A stretch of 64,000 bases of DNA, from assembly GCA_964276515.1 (NCBI GenBank), contig OZ193909.1:9486001-9550000 (forward strand). The letters run 5' to 3'. The notes below the pieces were generated by a model. The model saw only the letters and a list, made by a program, of their open reading frames with translations, was not told the DNA's origin and did no database searches. Position numbers and translations under genes: made by a program. This document shows positions 14,001 through 28,300 of the stretch, in pieces (the stretch's first letter is position 1; the number at the start of each line of letters is the position of its first letter). The stretch is from Gordius albopunctatus. Taxonomy: Eukaryota.

Positions 14001-17000
14001 AATTTTTGCACGGGGGGAAGTTTTAGATTGAGAGAAACTAAACTTTTTATGTTGCGTTTAGATTGTTTTTAAATCGCTTTCTAAGCCTGTCTTTAGTTTT
14101 TGTGAAACAAGCTCTATGTGATTGTTATTGAAAATTAATAATTTTTGAAGACTGATCAAAATTTTTTTTAACGAATTCACCTCTGATATCGAAAACTTTC
14201 ATGAGGGCTATATACTTTAACAAAAAAAATTTAAAAAATTTTGAGGTCGAAAAAAATATTTATTTTCATATTATTTGGAAAGGGGGCTGAAAAAATCTTT
14301 AAAAGTGAGTAAATATTCTTAGCATTATGTCCTTGTTAGAATCCCGATAAGATTTTTGCACTGGGGGAAGTTTTAGATTGAGAGAAACTAAACTTTTTAT
14401 GTTGCGTTTAGATTGTTTCAAAATCGCTTTCTAAGCCTGTCTAGTTTTTGTGAAACAAGCTCTATGTGATCGTGATTCAAAGTTAATAATTTTTGAGGAC
14501 TGATCAAAATTTTTTTAACGAATTCACCTCTGATATCGAAAACTTTCATGAGGGCTATATGCTTTAACAAAAAAAATTGACAAAAATTTTGAGGTCGAAA
14601 AAAATATTTATTTTCATATTATTTGTAAAGGAAGCTGAAAAAATCTTTAAAAGTCAGTAAATATTCTTAGCATTATGTCCTTGTTATAATCCCGATAAGA
14701 ATTTTTGCACGGGGGGAAGTTTTAGATTGAGAGAAACTAAACTTTTTATGTTGCGTTTAGATTGTTTTTAAATCGCTTTCTAAGCCTGTCTTTAGTTTTT
14801 GTGAAACAAGCTCTATGTGATTGTTATTGAAAGTTAATAATTTTTGAAGACTGATCAAATTTTTTTTTAACGAATTCACTTCTGATATCGAAAACTTTCA
14901 TGAGGGCTATATACTTTAACAAAAAAAATTTAAAAAATTTTGAGGTCGAAAAAAATATTTATTTTCATATTATTTGGAAAGGGGGCTGAAAAAATCTTTA
15001 AAAGTCAGTAAATATTCTTAGCATTATGTCCTTGTTAAAATCCCGATAAGAATTTTTACACGGGGTAAAGTTTTAGATTGAGAGAAATTAAACTTTTCGT
15101 GTTGCGTTTAGATTGTTTCAAGATCGCTTTCTAATTCCGTCTATAGTTTTTGTGAAACAAGCTCTATGTGATCGTGATTCAAAGTTAATAATTTTTGAGG
15201 ACTGATCAAAATTTTTTTTAACGAATTCACCTCTGATATCGAAAACTTTCATGAGGGCTATATGCTTTAACAAAAAAAATTGACAAAAATTTTGAGGTCG
15301 AAAAAAATATTTATTTTCATATTCTTTCGAAAGGGGGCTGAAGAATTATTTAAAAGTCAGTAAATATTCTTAGCATTATGTCCTTGTTAAAATCCCGATA
15401 AGAATTTTTGCACGGGTGGAGTTTTAGATTGAGAAAAACTAAACTTTTCGTGTTGCGTTTAGATTGTTTCAAGATCGCTTTCTAATTTCGTCTATAGTTT
15501 TTGTGAAACAAGCTATATGTGATCGTGATTCAAAGTTAATAATTTTTGAGAACTGATCAAAAAATTTTTTTAACGAATTCACCTCTGACATCGAAAACTT
15601 TCATGAATAATATTTATTTTCATATTCTTTAGAAAGGGGGCTGAAGAAATATTTAAAAGTCAGTAAATATTCTTAGCATTATGTCCTTGTTAAAATCCCG
15701 ATAAGATTTTTCCACTGGGGGAAATTTTAGATTGAGAAAAACTAAACTTTTCGTGTTGCGTTTAGATTGTTTCAAGATCGCTTTCTAATTTCGTCTATAG
15801 TTTTTGTGAAACAAGCTATATGTGATCGTGATTCAAAGTTAATAATTTTTGAGGACTGATCAAAAAAATTTTTTAACGAATTCACCTCTGATATCGAAAA
15901 CTTTCATGAGGGCTATATGGTTGAACAAAAAATTTAAAAAATTTTGAGGTCGAAAAAAATATTTATTTTCATATTCTTTCGAAAGGGGGCTGAAGAAATA
16001 ATTAAAAGATAGTAAATATTCTTAGCATTATGTCCTTGTTAAAATCCCGATAAGAATTTTTGCACGGGGGGAAGTTTTAGATTGAGAGAAACTAAACTTT
16101 TTATGTTGCGTTTAGATTGTTTTTAAATCGCTTTCTAAGCCTGTCTTTAGTTTTTGTGAAACAAGCTCTAGGTGATCGTGATTCAAAGTTAATAATTTTT
16201 GAGGACTGATCAAAAAATTTTTTTAACGAATTCACCTCTGATATCGAAAACTTTCATGAGAGCTATATGGTTGAACAAAAAATTTAAAAAATTTTGAGGT
16301 CGAAAAAAATATTTATTTTCATATTATTTGTAAAGGAAGCTGAAAAAATCTTTAAAAGTCAGAAAATATTCTTAGCATTATGTCCTTGTTAAAATCCCGA
16401 TAAGATTTTTCCACTGGGGGAAGTTTTAGATTGAGAGAAATTAAACTTTTCGTGTTGCGTTTAGATTGTTTCAAGATCGCTTTCTAATTTCGTCTATAGT
16501 TTTTGTGAAACAAGCTCTATGTGATCGTGATTCAAAGTTAATAATTTTTGAGGACTCATCAAAAAAATTTTTTAACGAATTCACCTCTGATATCGAAAAC
16601 TTTCATGAGGGCTATATGGTTGAACAAAAAAAATTGACAAAAATTTTGAGGTCGAAAAAAATATTTATTTTCCTATTATTTGGAAAGGGGGCTGAAAAAA
16701 TCTTTAAAAGTCAGTAAATATTCTTAGCATTATGTCCTTGTTAAAATCCCGATAAGAATTTTTACACGGGGGGAAGTTTTAGATTCAGAGAAATTAAACT
16801 TTTCGTGTTGCGTTTAGATTGTTTCAAGATCGCTTTCTAATTCCGTCTATAGTTTTTGTGAAACAAGCTCTATGTGATCGTGATTCAAAGTTAATAATTT
16901 TTGAGGACTGATCAAAATTTTTTTTAACGAATTCACCTCTGATATCGAAAACTTTCATGAGGGCTATATGCTTTAACAAAAAAAATTGACAAAAATTTTG

Positions 17001-20000
17001 AGGTCGAAAAAAATATTTATTTTCATATTCTTTCGAAAGGGGGCTGAAGAATTATTTAAAAGTCAGTAAATATTCTTAGCATTATGTCCTTGTTAAAATC
17101 CCGATAAGAATTTTTTCACGGGGGGAAGTTTTAGATTGAGAGAAACTAAACTTTTTATGTTGCGTTTAGATTGTTTCGAAATCGCTTTCTAAGCCTGTCT
17201 TTAGTTTTTGTGAAACAAGCTCTAGGTGATCGTGATTCAAAGTTAATAATTTTTGAGGACTGATCAAAAATTATTTTTAACGAATTCACCTCTGACATCG
17301 AAAACTTTCACGAGGGCTATATGCTCTAACAAAAAAAATTGACAAAAATTTAGAGGTCGAAAAAAATATTTATTTTCATATTATTTGGAAAGGGGGATGA
17401 AAAAATGTTTAAAAGTCAGTAAATATTCTTAGCATTATGTCCTTGTTAAAATCCCGATAAGAATTTTTTCACGGGGGGAAGTTTTAGATTGAGAGAAACT
17501 AAACTTTTTATGTTGCGTTTAGATTGTTTTTAAATCGCTTTCTAAGCCTGTCTTTAGTTTTTGTGAAACAAGCTCTAGGTGATCGTGATTCAAAGTTAAT
17601 AATTTTTGAGGACTGATCAAAAAATTTTTTTAATGAATTCACCTCTGATATTGAAAACTTTCACGAGGGCTATATACTTTAACAAAAAAAATTGACAAAA
17701 ATTTTGAGGTCGAAAAAAATATTTATTTTCATATTATTTGGAAAGGTGGCTGAAAAAATGTTTAAAAGTCAGTAAATATTCTTAGCATTATGTCCTTGTT
17801 AAAATCCCGATAAGAATTTTTTCACGGGGGGAAGTTTTAGATTGAGAGAAACTAAACTTTTTATGTTGCGTTTAGATTGTTTCAAAATCGCTTTCTAAGC
17901 CTGTCTTTAGTTTTTGTGAAACAAGCTCTAGGTGATCGTGATTCAAAGTTAATAATTTTTGAGGACTGATCAAAAAATTTTTTTAACGAATTCACCTCTG
18001 ATATCGAAAACTTTCATGAGGGCTATATGGTTGAACAAAAAATTTAAAAAATTTTGAGGTCGAAAAAAATATTTATTTTCATATTCTTTCGAAAGGGGGC
18101 GGAAGAAATAATTAAAAGATAGTAAATATTCTTAGCATTATGTCCTTGTTAAAATCCCGATAAGAATTTTTGCACGGGGGGAAGTTTTAGATTGAGAGAA
18201 ACTAAACTTTTTATGTTGCGTTTAGATCGTTTTGAAATCGCTTTCTAAGCCTGTCTTTAGTTTTTGTGAAACAAGCTCTAGGTGATCGTGATTCAAAGTT
18301 AATAATTTTTGAGGACTGATCAAAAAATTTTTTTAACGAATTCACCTCTGATATTGAAAACTTTCACGAGGGCTATATACTTTAACAAAAAAAATTGACA
18401 AAAATTTTGAGGTCGAAAAAAATATTTATTTTCATATTATTTGGAAAGGTGGCTGAAAAAATGTTTAAAAGTCAGTAAATATTCTTAGCATTATGTCCTT
18501 GTTAAAATCCCGATAAGATTTTTCCACTGGGGGAAGTTTTAGATTGAGAGAAATTAAACTTTTCGTGTTGCGTTTAGATTGTTTCAAGATCGCTTTCTAA
18601 TTTCGTCTATAGTTTTTGTGAAACAAGCTCTATGTGATCGTGATTCAAAGTTAATAATTTTTGAGGACTGATCAAAAAATTTTTTTAACGAATTCACCTC
18701 TGATATCGAAAACTTTCATGAGGGCTATATGGTTGAACAAAAAATTTAAAAAATTTTGAGGTCGAAAAAAATATTTATTTTCATATTATTTGTAAAGGAA
18801 GCTGAAAAAATCTTTAAAAGTCAGAAAATATTCTTAGCATTATCTCCTTGTTAAAATCCCGATAAGATTTTTCCACTGGGGGAAGTTTTAGATTGAGAGA
18901 AATTAAACTTTTCGTGTTGCGTTTAGATTGTTTCAAGATCGCTTTCTAATTTCGTCTATAGTTTTTGTGAAACAAGCTCTATGTGATCGTGATTCAAAGT
19001 TAATAATTTTTGAGGACTGATCAAAAATTTTTTTTAACGAATTCACCTCTGATATCGAAAACTTTCATGAGGGCTATATGGTTGAACAAAAAATTTAAAA
19101 AATTTTGAGGTCGAAAAAAATATTTATTTTCATATTCTTTCGAAAGGGGGCGGAAGAAATAATTAAAAGATAGTAAATATTCTTAGCATTATGTCCTTGT
19201 TAAAATCCCGATAAGAATTTTTGCACGGGTGGAGTTTTAGATTGAGAAAAACTAAACTTTTCGTGTTGCGTTTAGATTTTTTCAAAATCGTTTTCTAATC
19301 GCGTCTCTAGTTTTTATGAAACAAGCTCTATGTGATTATGATTAAAAGTTAATAATTTTTGAGGACTGATCAAAAATTATTTTTAACGAATTCACCTCTG
19401 ACATCGAAAACTTTCACGAGGGCTATATGCTCTAACAAAAAAAATTGACAAAAATTTTGAGGTCGAAAAAAATATTTATTTTCATATTATTTGGAAAGGG
19501 GGATGAAAAAATCTTTAAAAGTCAATAAATATTCTTAGTATTATGTCCTTGTTAAAATCCCGATAAGAATTTTTGCACGGGGGGAAGTTTTAGATTGAGA
19601 GAAACTAAACTTTTTATGTTGCGTTTAGATTGTTTTTAAATCGCTTTCTAAGCCTGTCTTTAGTTTTTGTGAAACAAGCTCTAGGTGATCGTGATTCAAA
19701 GTTAATAATTTTTGAGGACTGACCTAAAAAAATTTTTTTAACGAATTCACCTCTGATATCGAAAACTTTCATGAGGGCTATATGGTTGAACAAAAAATTT
19801 AAAAAATTTTGAGGTCGAAAAAAATATTTATTTTCATATTATTTGTAAAGGAAGCTGAAAAAATCTTTAAAAGTCAGAAAATATTCTTAGCATTATGTCC
19901 TTTTTAAAATCTCGATAAGATTTTTCCACTGGGGGAAATTTTAGATTGAGAGAAATTAAACTTTTCGTGTTGCGTTTAGATTGTTTCAAGATCGCTTTCT

Positions 20001-23000
20001 AATTTCGTCTATAGTTTTTGTGAAACAAGCTATATGTGATCGTGATTCAAAGTTAATAATTTTTGAGGACTGATCAAAAAAATTTTTTAACGAATTCACC
20101 TCTGATATCGAAAACTTTCATGAGGGCTATATGGTTGAACAAAAAATTTAAAAAATTTTGAGGTCGAAAAAAATATTTATTTTCATATTCTTTCAAAAGG
20201 GGGCTGAAGAAATAATTAAAAGATAGTAAATATTCTTAGCATTATGTCCTTGTTAAAATCCCTATAAGAATTTTTTCACGGGGGGAAGTTTTAGATTGAG
20301 AGAAACTAAACTTTTTATGTTGCGTTTAGATTGTTTCAAAATCGCTTTCTAATCGCGTCTCTAGTTTTTGTGAAACAAGCTCTAGGTGATCGTGATTCAA
20401 AGTTAATAATTTTTGAGGACTGATCAAAAAATTTTTTTAACGAATTCACCTCTGATATCGAAAACTTTCATGAGGGCTATATGGTTGAACAAAAAATTTA
20501 AAAAATTTTGAGGTCGAAAAAAATATTTATTTTCATATTCTTTCGAAAGGGGGCTGAAGAAATAATTAAAAGATAGTAAATATTCTTAGCATTATGTCCT
20601 TGTTAAAATCCCGATAAGAATTTTTGCACGGGGGGAAGTTTTAGATTGAGAGAAACTAAACTTTTTATGTTGCGTTTAGATTGTTTTTAAATCGCTTTCT
20701 AAGCCTGTCTTTAGTTTTTGTGAAACAAGCTCTAGGTAATCGTGATTCAAAGTTAATAATTTTTGAGGACTGATCAAAAAATTTTTTTAACGAATTCACC
20801 TCTGATATTGAAAACTTTCACGAGGGCTATATACTTTAACAAAAAAAATTGACAAAAATTTTGAGGTCGAAAAAAATATTTATTTTCATATTATTTGGAA
20901 AGGTGGCTGAAAAAATGTTTAAAAGTCAGTAAATATTCTTAGCATTATGTCCTTGTAAAAAACCCGATAAGAATTTTTTCACGGGGGGAAGTTTTAGATT
21001 GAGAGAAACTAAACTTTTTATGTTGCGTTTAGATTGTTTCAAAATCGCTTTCTAAGCCTGTCTTTAGTTTTTGTGAAACAAGCTCTAGGTGATCGTGATT
21101 CAAAGTTAATAATTTTTGAGGACTGATCAAAAATTATTTTTAACGAATTCACCTCTGACATCGAAAACTTTCACGAGGGCTATATGCTCTAACAAAAAAA
21201 ATTGACAAAAATTTTGAGGTCGAAAAAAATATTTATTTTCATATTATTTGGAAAGGGGGATGAAAAAATGTTTAAAAGTCAGTAAATATTCTTAGCATTA
21301 TGTCCTTGTTAAAATCCCGATAAGAATTTTTTCACGGGGGGGAAGTTTTAGATTGAGAGAAACTAAACTTTTTATGTTGCGTTTAGATTGTTTTTAAATC
21401 GCTTTCTAAGCCTGTCTTTAGTTTTTGTGAAACAAGCTCTAGGTGATCGTGATTCAAAGTTAATAATTTTTGAGGACTGATCAAAAAATTTTTTTAATGA
21501 ATTCACCTCTGATATTGAAAACTTTCACGAGGGCTATATACTTTAACAAAAAAAATTGACAAAAATTTTGAGGTCGAAAAAAATATTTATTTTCATATTA
21601 TTTGGAAAGGTGGCTGAAAAAATGTTTAAAAGTCAGTAAATATTCTTAGCATTATGTCCTTGTAAAAAACCCGATAAGAATTTTTTCACGGGGGGAAGTT
21701 TTAGATTGAGAGAAACTAAACTTTTTATGTTGCGTTTAGATTGTTTCAAAATCGCTTTCTAAGCCTGTCTTTAGTTTTTGTGAAACAAGCTCTAGGTGAT
21801 CGTGATTCAAAGTTAATAATTTTTGAGGACTGATCAAAAATTATTTTTAACGAATTCACCTCTGACATCGAAAACTTTCACGAGGGCTATATGCTCTAAC
21901 AAAAAAAATTGACAAAAATTTTGAGGTCGAAAAAAATATTTATTTTCATATTATTTGGAAAGGGGGATGAAAAAATAATTAAAAGATAGTAAATATTCTT
22001 AGCATTATGTCCTTGTTAAAATCCCTATAAGAATTTTTGCACGGGGGGAAGTTTTAGATTGAGAGAAACTAAACTTTTTATGTTGCGTTTAGATTTTTTC
22101 AAAATCGTTTTCTAATCGCGTCTCTAGTTTTTATGAAACAAGCTCTATGTGATTATGATTAAAAGTTAATAATTTTTGAGGACTGATCAAAAAAATTTTT
22201 TAACGAATTCACCTCTGATATCGAAAACTTTCATGAGGGCTATATGGTTGAACAAAAAATTTAAAAAATTTTGAGGTCGAAAAAAATATTTATTTTCATA
22301 ATATTTGGAAAGGTGGCTGAAAAAATGTTTAAAAGTCAGTAAATATTCTTAGCATTATGTCCTTGTAAAAAACCCGATAAGAATTTTTTCACGGGGGGAA
22401 GTTTTAGATTGAGAGAAACTAAACTTTTTATGTTGCGTTTAGATTGTTTCAAAATCGCTTTCTAAGCCTGTCTTTAGTTTTTGTGAAACAAGCTCTAGGT
22501 GATCGTGATTCAAAGTTAATAATTTTTGAGGACTGATCAAAAAATTTTTTTAACGAATTCACCTCTGATATCGAAAACTTTCATGAGGGCTATATGGTTG
22601 AACAAAAAATTTAAAAAATTTTGAGGTCGAAAAAAATATTTATTTTCATATTCTTTCGAAAGGGGGCGGAAGAAATAATTAAAAGATAGTAAATATTCTT
22701 AGCATTATGTCCTTGTTAAAATCCCGATAAGAATTTTTGCAAGGGGGGAAGTTTTAGATTGAGAGAAACTAAACTTTTTATGTTGCGTTTAGATCGTTTT
22801 GAAATCGCTTTCTAAGCCTGTCTTTAGTTTTTGTGAAACAAGCTCTAGGTGATCGTGATTCAAAGTTAATAATTTTTGAGGACTGATCAAAAAATTTTTT
22901 TAACGAATTCACCTCTGATATTGAAAACTTTCACGAGGGCTATATACTTTAACAAAAAAAATTGACAAAAATTTTGAGGTCGAAAAAAATATTTATTTTC

Positions 23001-25319
23001 ATATTATTTGGAAAGGTGGCTGAAAAAATGTTTAAAAGTCAGTAAATATTCTTAGCATTATGTCCTTGTTAAAATCCCGATAAGAATTTTTTCACGGGGG
23101 GAAGTTTTAGATTGAGAGAAACTAAACTTTTTATGTTGCGTTTAGATTGTTTCAAAATCGCTTTCTAAGCCTGTCTTTAGTTTTTGTGAAACAAGCTCTA
23201 GGTGATCGTGATTCAAAGTTAATAATTTTTGAGGACTGATCAAAAAATTTTTTTAACGAATTCACCTCTGATATCGAAAACTTTCATGAGGGCTATATGG
23301 TTGAACAAAAAATTTAAAAAATTTTGAGGTCGAAAAAAATATTTATTTTCATATTATTTGTAAAGGAAGCTGAAAAAATCTTTAAAAGTCAGAAAATATT
23401 CTTAGCATTATGTCCTTGTTAAAATCCCGATAAGATTTTTCCACTGGGGGAAGTTTTAGATTGAGAGAAACTAAACTTTTTATGTTGCGTTTAGATTGTT
23501 TCAAAATCGCTTTCTAATCGCGTCTCTAGTTTTTGTGAAACAAGCTCTAGGTGATCGTGATTCAAAGTTAATAATTTTTGAGGACTGATCAAAAAATTTT
23601 TTTAACGAATTCACCTCTGATATCGAAAACTTTCATGAGGGCTATATGGTTGAACAAAAAATTTAAAAAATTTTGAGGTCGAAAAAAATATTTATTTTCA
23701 TATTATTTGGAAAGGGGGATGAAAAAATGTTTAAAAGTCAGTAAATATTCTTAGCATTATGTCCTTGTTAAAATCCCGATAAGAATTTTTTCACGGGGGG
23801 GAAGTTTTAGATTGAGAGAAACTAAACTTTTTATGTTGCGTTTAGATTGTTTTTAAATCGCTTTCTAAGCCTGTCTTTAGTTTTTGTGAAACAAGCTCTA
23901 GGTGATCGTGATTCAAAGTTAATAATTTTTGAGGACTGATCAAAAAATTTTTTTAATGAATTCACCTCTGATATTGAAAACTTTCACGAGGGCTATATAC
24001 TTTAACAAAAAAAATTGACAAAAATTTTGAGGTCGAAAAAAATATTTATTTTCATATTATTTGGAAAGGTGGCTGAAAAAATGTTTAAAAGTCAGTAAAT
24101 ATTCTTAGCATTATGTCCTTGTTAAAATCCAGATAAGAATTTTTTCACGGGGGGAAGTTTTAGATTGAGAGAAACTAAACTTTTTATGTTGCGTTTAGAT
24201 TGTTTCAAAATCGCTTTCTAAGCCTGTCTTTAGTTTTTGTGAAACAAGCTCTAGGTGATCGTGATTCAAAGTTAATAATTTTTGAGGACTGATCAAAAAA
24301 TTTTTTTAACGAATTCACCTCTGATATTGAAAACTTTCACGAGGGCTATATACTTTAACAAAAAAAATTGACAAAAATTTTGAGGTCGAAAAAAATATTT
24401 ATTTTCATATTATTTGGAAAGGTGGCTGAAAAAATGTTTAAAAGTCAGTAAATATTCTTAGCATTATGTCCTTGTTAAAATCCCGATAAGAATTTTTTCA
24501 CGGGGGGAAGTTTTAGATTGAGAGAAACTAAACTTTTTATGTTGCGTTTAGATTGTTTCAAAATCGCTTTCTAAGCCTGTCTTTAGTTTTTGTGAAACAA
24601 GCTCTAGGTGATCGTGATTCAAAGTTAATAATTTTTGAGGACTGATCAAAAAATTTTTTTAACGAATTCACCTCTGATATCGAAAACTTTCATGAGGGCT
24701 ATATGGTTGAACAAAAAATTTAAAAAATTTTGAGGTCGAAAAAAATATTTATTTTCATATTATTTGTAAAGGAAGCTGAAAAAATCTTTAAAAGTCAGAA
24801 AATATTCTTAGCATTATGTCCTTGTTAAAATCCCGATAAGATTTTTCCACTGGGGGAAGTTTTAGATTGAGAGAAATTAAACTTTTCGTGTTGCGTTTAG
24901 ATTGTTTCAAGATCGCTTTCTAATTTCGTCTATAGTTTTTGTGAAACAAGCTCTATGTGATCGTGATTCAAAGTTAATAATTTTTGAGGACTGATCAAAA
25001 AATTTTTTTAACGAATTCACCTCTGATATCGAAAACTTTCATGAGGGCTATATGGTTGAACAAAAAATTTAAAAAATTTTGAGGTCGAAAAAAATATTTA
25101 TTTTCATATTATTTGTAAAGGAAGCTGAAAAAATCTTTAAAAGTCAGAAAATATTCTTAGCATTATGTCCTTGTTAAAATCCCGATAAGATTTTTCCACT
25201 GGGGGAAGTTTTAGATTGAGAGAAATTAAACTTTTCGTGTTGCGTTTAGATTGTTTCAAGATCGCTTTCTAATTTCGTCTATAGTTTTTGTGAAACAAGC
25301 TCTATGTGATCGTGATTCA

Positions 25320-28300
25320 AAGTTAATAATTTTTGAGGACTGATCAAAAAAATTTTTTAACGAATTCACCTCTGATATCGAAAACTTTCATGAGGGCTAT
25401 ATGGTTGAACAAAAAATTTAAAAAATTTTGAGGTCGAAAAAAATATTTATTTTCATATTATTTGTAAAGGAAGCTGAAAAAATCTTTAAAAGTCAGAAAA
25501 TATTCTTAGCATTATCTCCTTGTTAAAATCCCGATAAGATTTTTCCACTGGGGGAAGTTTTAGATTGAGAGAAATTAAACTTTTCGTGTTGCGTTTAGAT
25601 TGTTTCAAGATCGCTTTCTAATTTCGTCTATAGTTTTTGTGAAACAAGCTCTATGTGATCGTGATTCAAAGTTAATAATTTTTGAGGACTGATCAAAAAA
25701 TTTTTTTAACGAATTCACTCTGATATCGAAAACTTTCATGAGGGCTATATGGTTGAACAAAAAATTTAAAAAATTTTGAGGTCGAAAAAAATATTTATTT
25801 TCATATTCTTTCGAAAGGGGGCGGAAGAAATAATTAAAAGATAGTAAATATTCTTAGCATTATGTCCTTGTTAAAATCCCGATAAGAATTTTTGCACGGG
25901 TGGAGTTTTAGATTGAGAAAAACTAAACTTTTCGTGTTGCGTTTAGATTTTTTCAAAATCGTTTTCTAATCGCGTCTCTAGTTTTTATGAAACAAGCTCT
26001 ATGTGATTATGATTAAAAGTTAATAATTTTTGAGGACTGATCAAAAATTATTTTTAACGAATTCACCTCTGACATCGAAAACTTTCACGAGGGCTATATG
26101 CTCTAACAAAAAAAATTGACAAAAATTTTGAGGTCGAAAAAAATATTTATTTTCATATTATTTGGAAAGGTGGCTGAAAAAATGTTTAAAAGTCAGTAAA
26201 TATTCTTAGCATTATGTCCTTGTTAAAATCCCGATAAGAATTTTTTCACGGGGGGAAGTTTTAGATTGAGAGAAACTAAACTTTTTATGTTGCGTTTAGA
26301 TTGTTTCAAAATCGCTTTCTAAGCCTGTCTTTAGTTTTTGTGAAACAAGCTCTAGGTGATCGTGATTCAAAGTTAATAATTTTTGAGGACTGATCAAAAA
26401 ATTTTTTTAACGAATTCACCTCTGATATCGAAAACTTTCATGAGGGCTATATGGTTGAACAAAAAATTTAAAAAATTTTGAGGTCGAAAAAAATATTTAT
26501 TTTCATATTCTTTCGAAAGGGGGCTGAAGAAATAATTAAAAGATAGTAAATATTCTTAGCATTATGTCCTTGTTAAAATCCCTATAAGAATTTTTGCACG
26601 GGGGGAAGTTTTAGATTGAGAGAAACTAAACTTTTTATGTTGCGTTTAGATTGTTTTTAAATCGCTTTCTAAGCCTGTCTTTAGTTTTTGTGAAACAAGC
26701 TCTAGGTGATCGTGATTCAAAGTTAATAATTTTTGAGGACTGATCAAAAAATTTTTTTAACGAATTCACCTCTGATATTGAAAACTTTCACGAGGGCTAT
26801 ATACTTTAACAAAAAAAATTGACAAATATTTTGAGGTCGAAAAAATTATTTATTTTCATATTATTTGGAAAGGTGGCTGAAAAAATGTTTAAAAGTCAGT
26901 AAATATTCTTAGCATTATGTCCTTGTTAAAATCCCGATAAGAATTTTTTCACGGGGGGAAGTTTTAGATTGAGAGAAACTAAACTTTTTATGTTGCGTTT
27001 AGATTGTTTCAAAATCGCTTTCTAAGCCTGTCTTTAGTTTTTGTGAAACAAGCTCTAGGTGATCGTGATTCAAAGTTAATAATTTTTGAGGACTGATCAA
27101 AAAATTTTTTTAACGAATTCACCTCTGATATCGAAAACTTTCATGAGGGCTATATGGTTGAACAAAAAATTTAAAAAATTTTGAGGTCGAAAAAAATATT
27201 TATTTTCATATTCTTTCGAAAGGGGGCGGAAGAAATAATTAAAAGATAGTAAATATTCTTAGCATTATGTCCTTGTTAAAATCCCGATAAGAATTTTTGC
27301 ACGGGTGGAGTTTTAGATTGAGAAAAACTAAACTTTTCGTGTTGCGTTTAGATTTTTTCAAAATCGTTTTCTAATCGCGTCTCTAGTTTTTATGAAACAA
27401 GCTCTATGTGATTATGATTAAAAGTTAATAATTTTTGAGGACTGATCAAAAATTATTTTTAACGAATTCACCTCTGACATCGAAAACTTTCACGGGGGCT
27501 ATATGCTCTAACAAAAAAAATTGACAAAAATTTTGAGGTCGAAAAAAATATTTATTTTCATATTATTTGTAAAGGAAGCTGAAAAAATCTTTAAAAGTCA
27601 GAAAATATTCTTAGCATTATGTCCTTTTTAAAATCTCGATAAGATTTTTCCACTGGGGGAAATTTTAGATTGAGAGAAATTAAACTTTTCGTGTTGCGTT
27701 TAGATTGTTTCAAGATCGCTTTCTAATTTCGTCTATAGTTTTTGTGAAACAAGCTCTAGGTAATCGTGATTCAAAGTTAATAATTTTTGAGGACTGATCA
27801 AAAAATTTTTTTAACGAATTCACCTCTGATATTGAAAACTTTCACGAGGGCTATATACTTTAACAAAAAAAATTGACAAAAATTTTGAGGTCGAAAAAAA
27901 TATTTATTTTCATATTCTTTCGAAAGGGGGCGGAAGAAATAATTAAAAGATAGTAAATATTCTTAGCATTATGTCCTTGTTAAAATCCCGATAAGAATTT
28001 TTGCACGGGTGGAGTTTTAGATTGAGAAAAACTAAACTTTTCGTGTTGCGTTTAGATTTTTTCAAAATCGTTTTCTAATCGCGTCTCTAGTTTTTATGAA
28101 ACAAGCTCTATGTGATTATGATTAAAAGTTAATAATTTTTGAGGACTGATCAAAAAAATTTTTTAACGAATTCACCTCTGATATCGAAAACTTTCATGAG
28201 GGCTATATGGTTGAACAAAAAATTTAAAAAATTTTGAGGTCGAAAAAAATATTTATTTTCATATTATTTGTAAAGGAAGCTGAAAAAATCTTTAAAAGTC

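Noticed and set aside
16466..16717. Second 83-aa ORF
   Set aside because: It is a duplicated copy of the same variant monomer (TCA at 16557, offset +14,893), not independent evidence of coding.
18085..18106. CENP-B-box-like motif (tttcgaaagggggcggaag)
   Set aside because: It does not fit the TTCGnnnnAnnCGGG core in spacing or bases and is present only in a minority of monomers.
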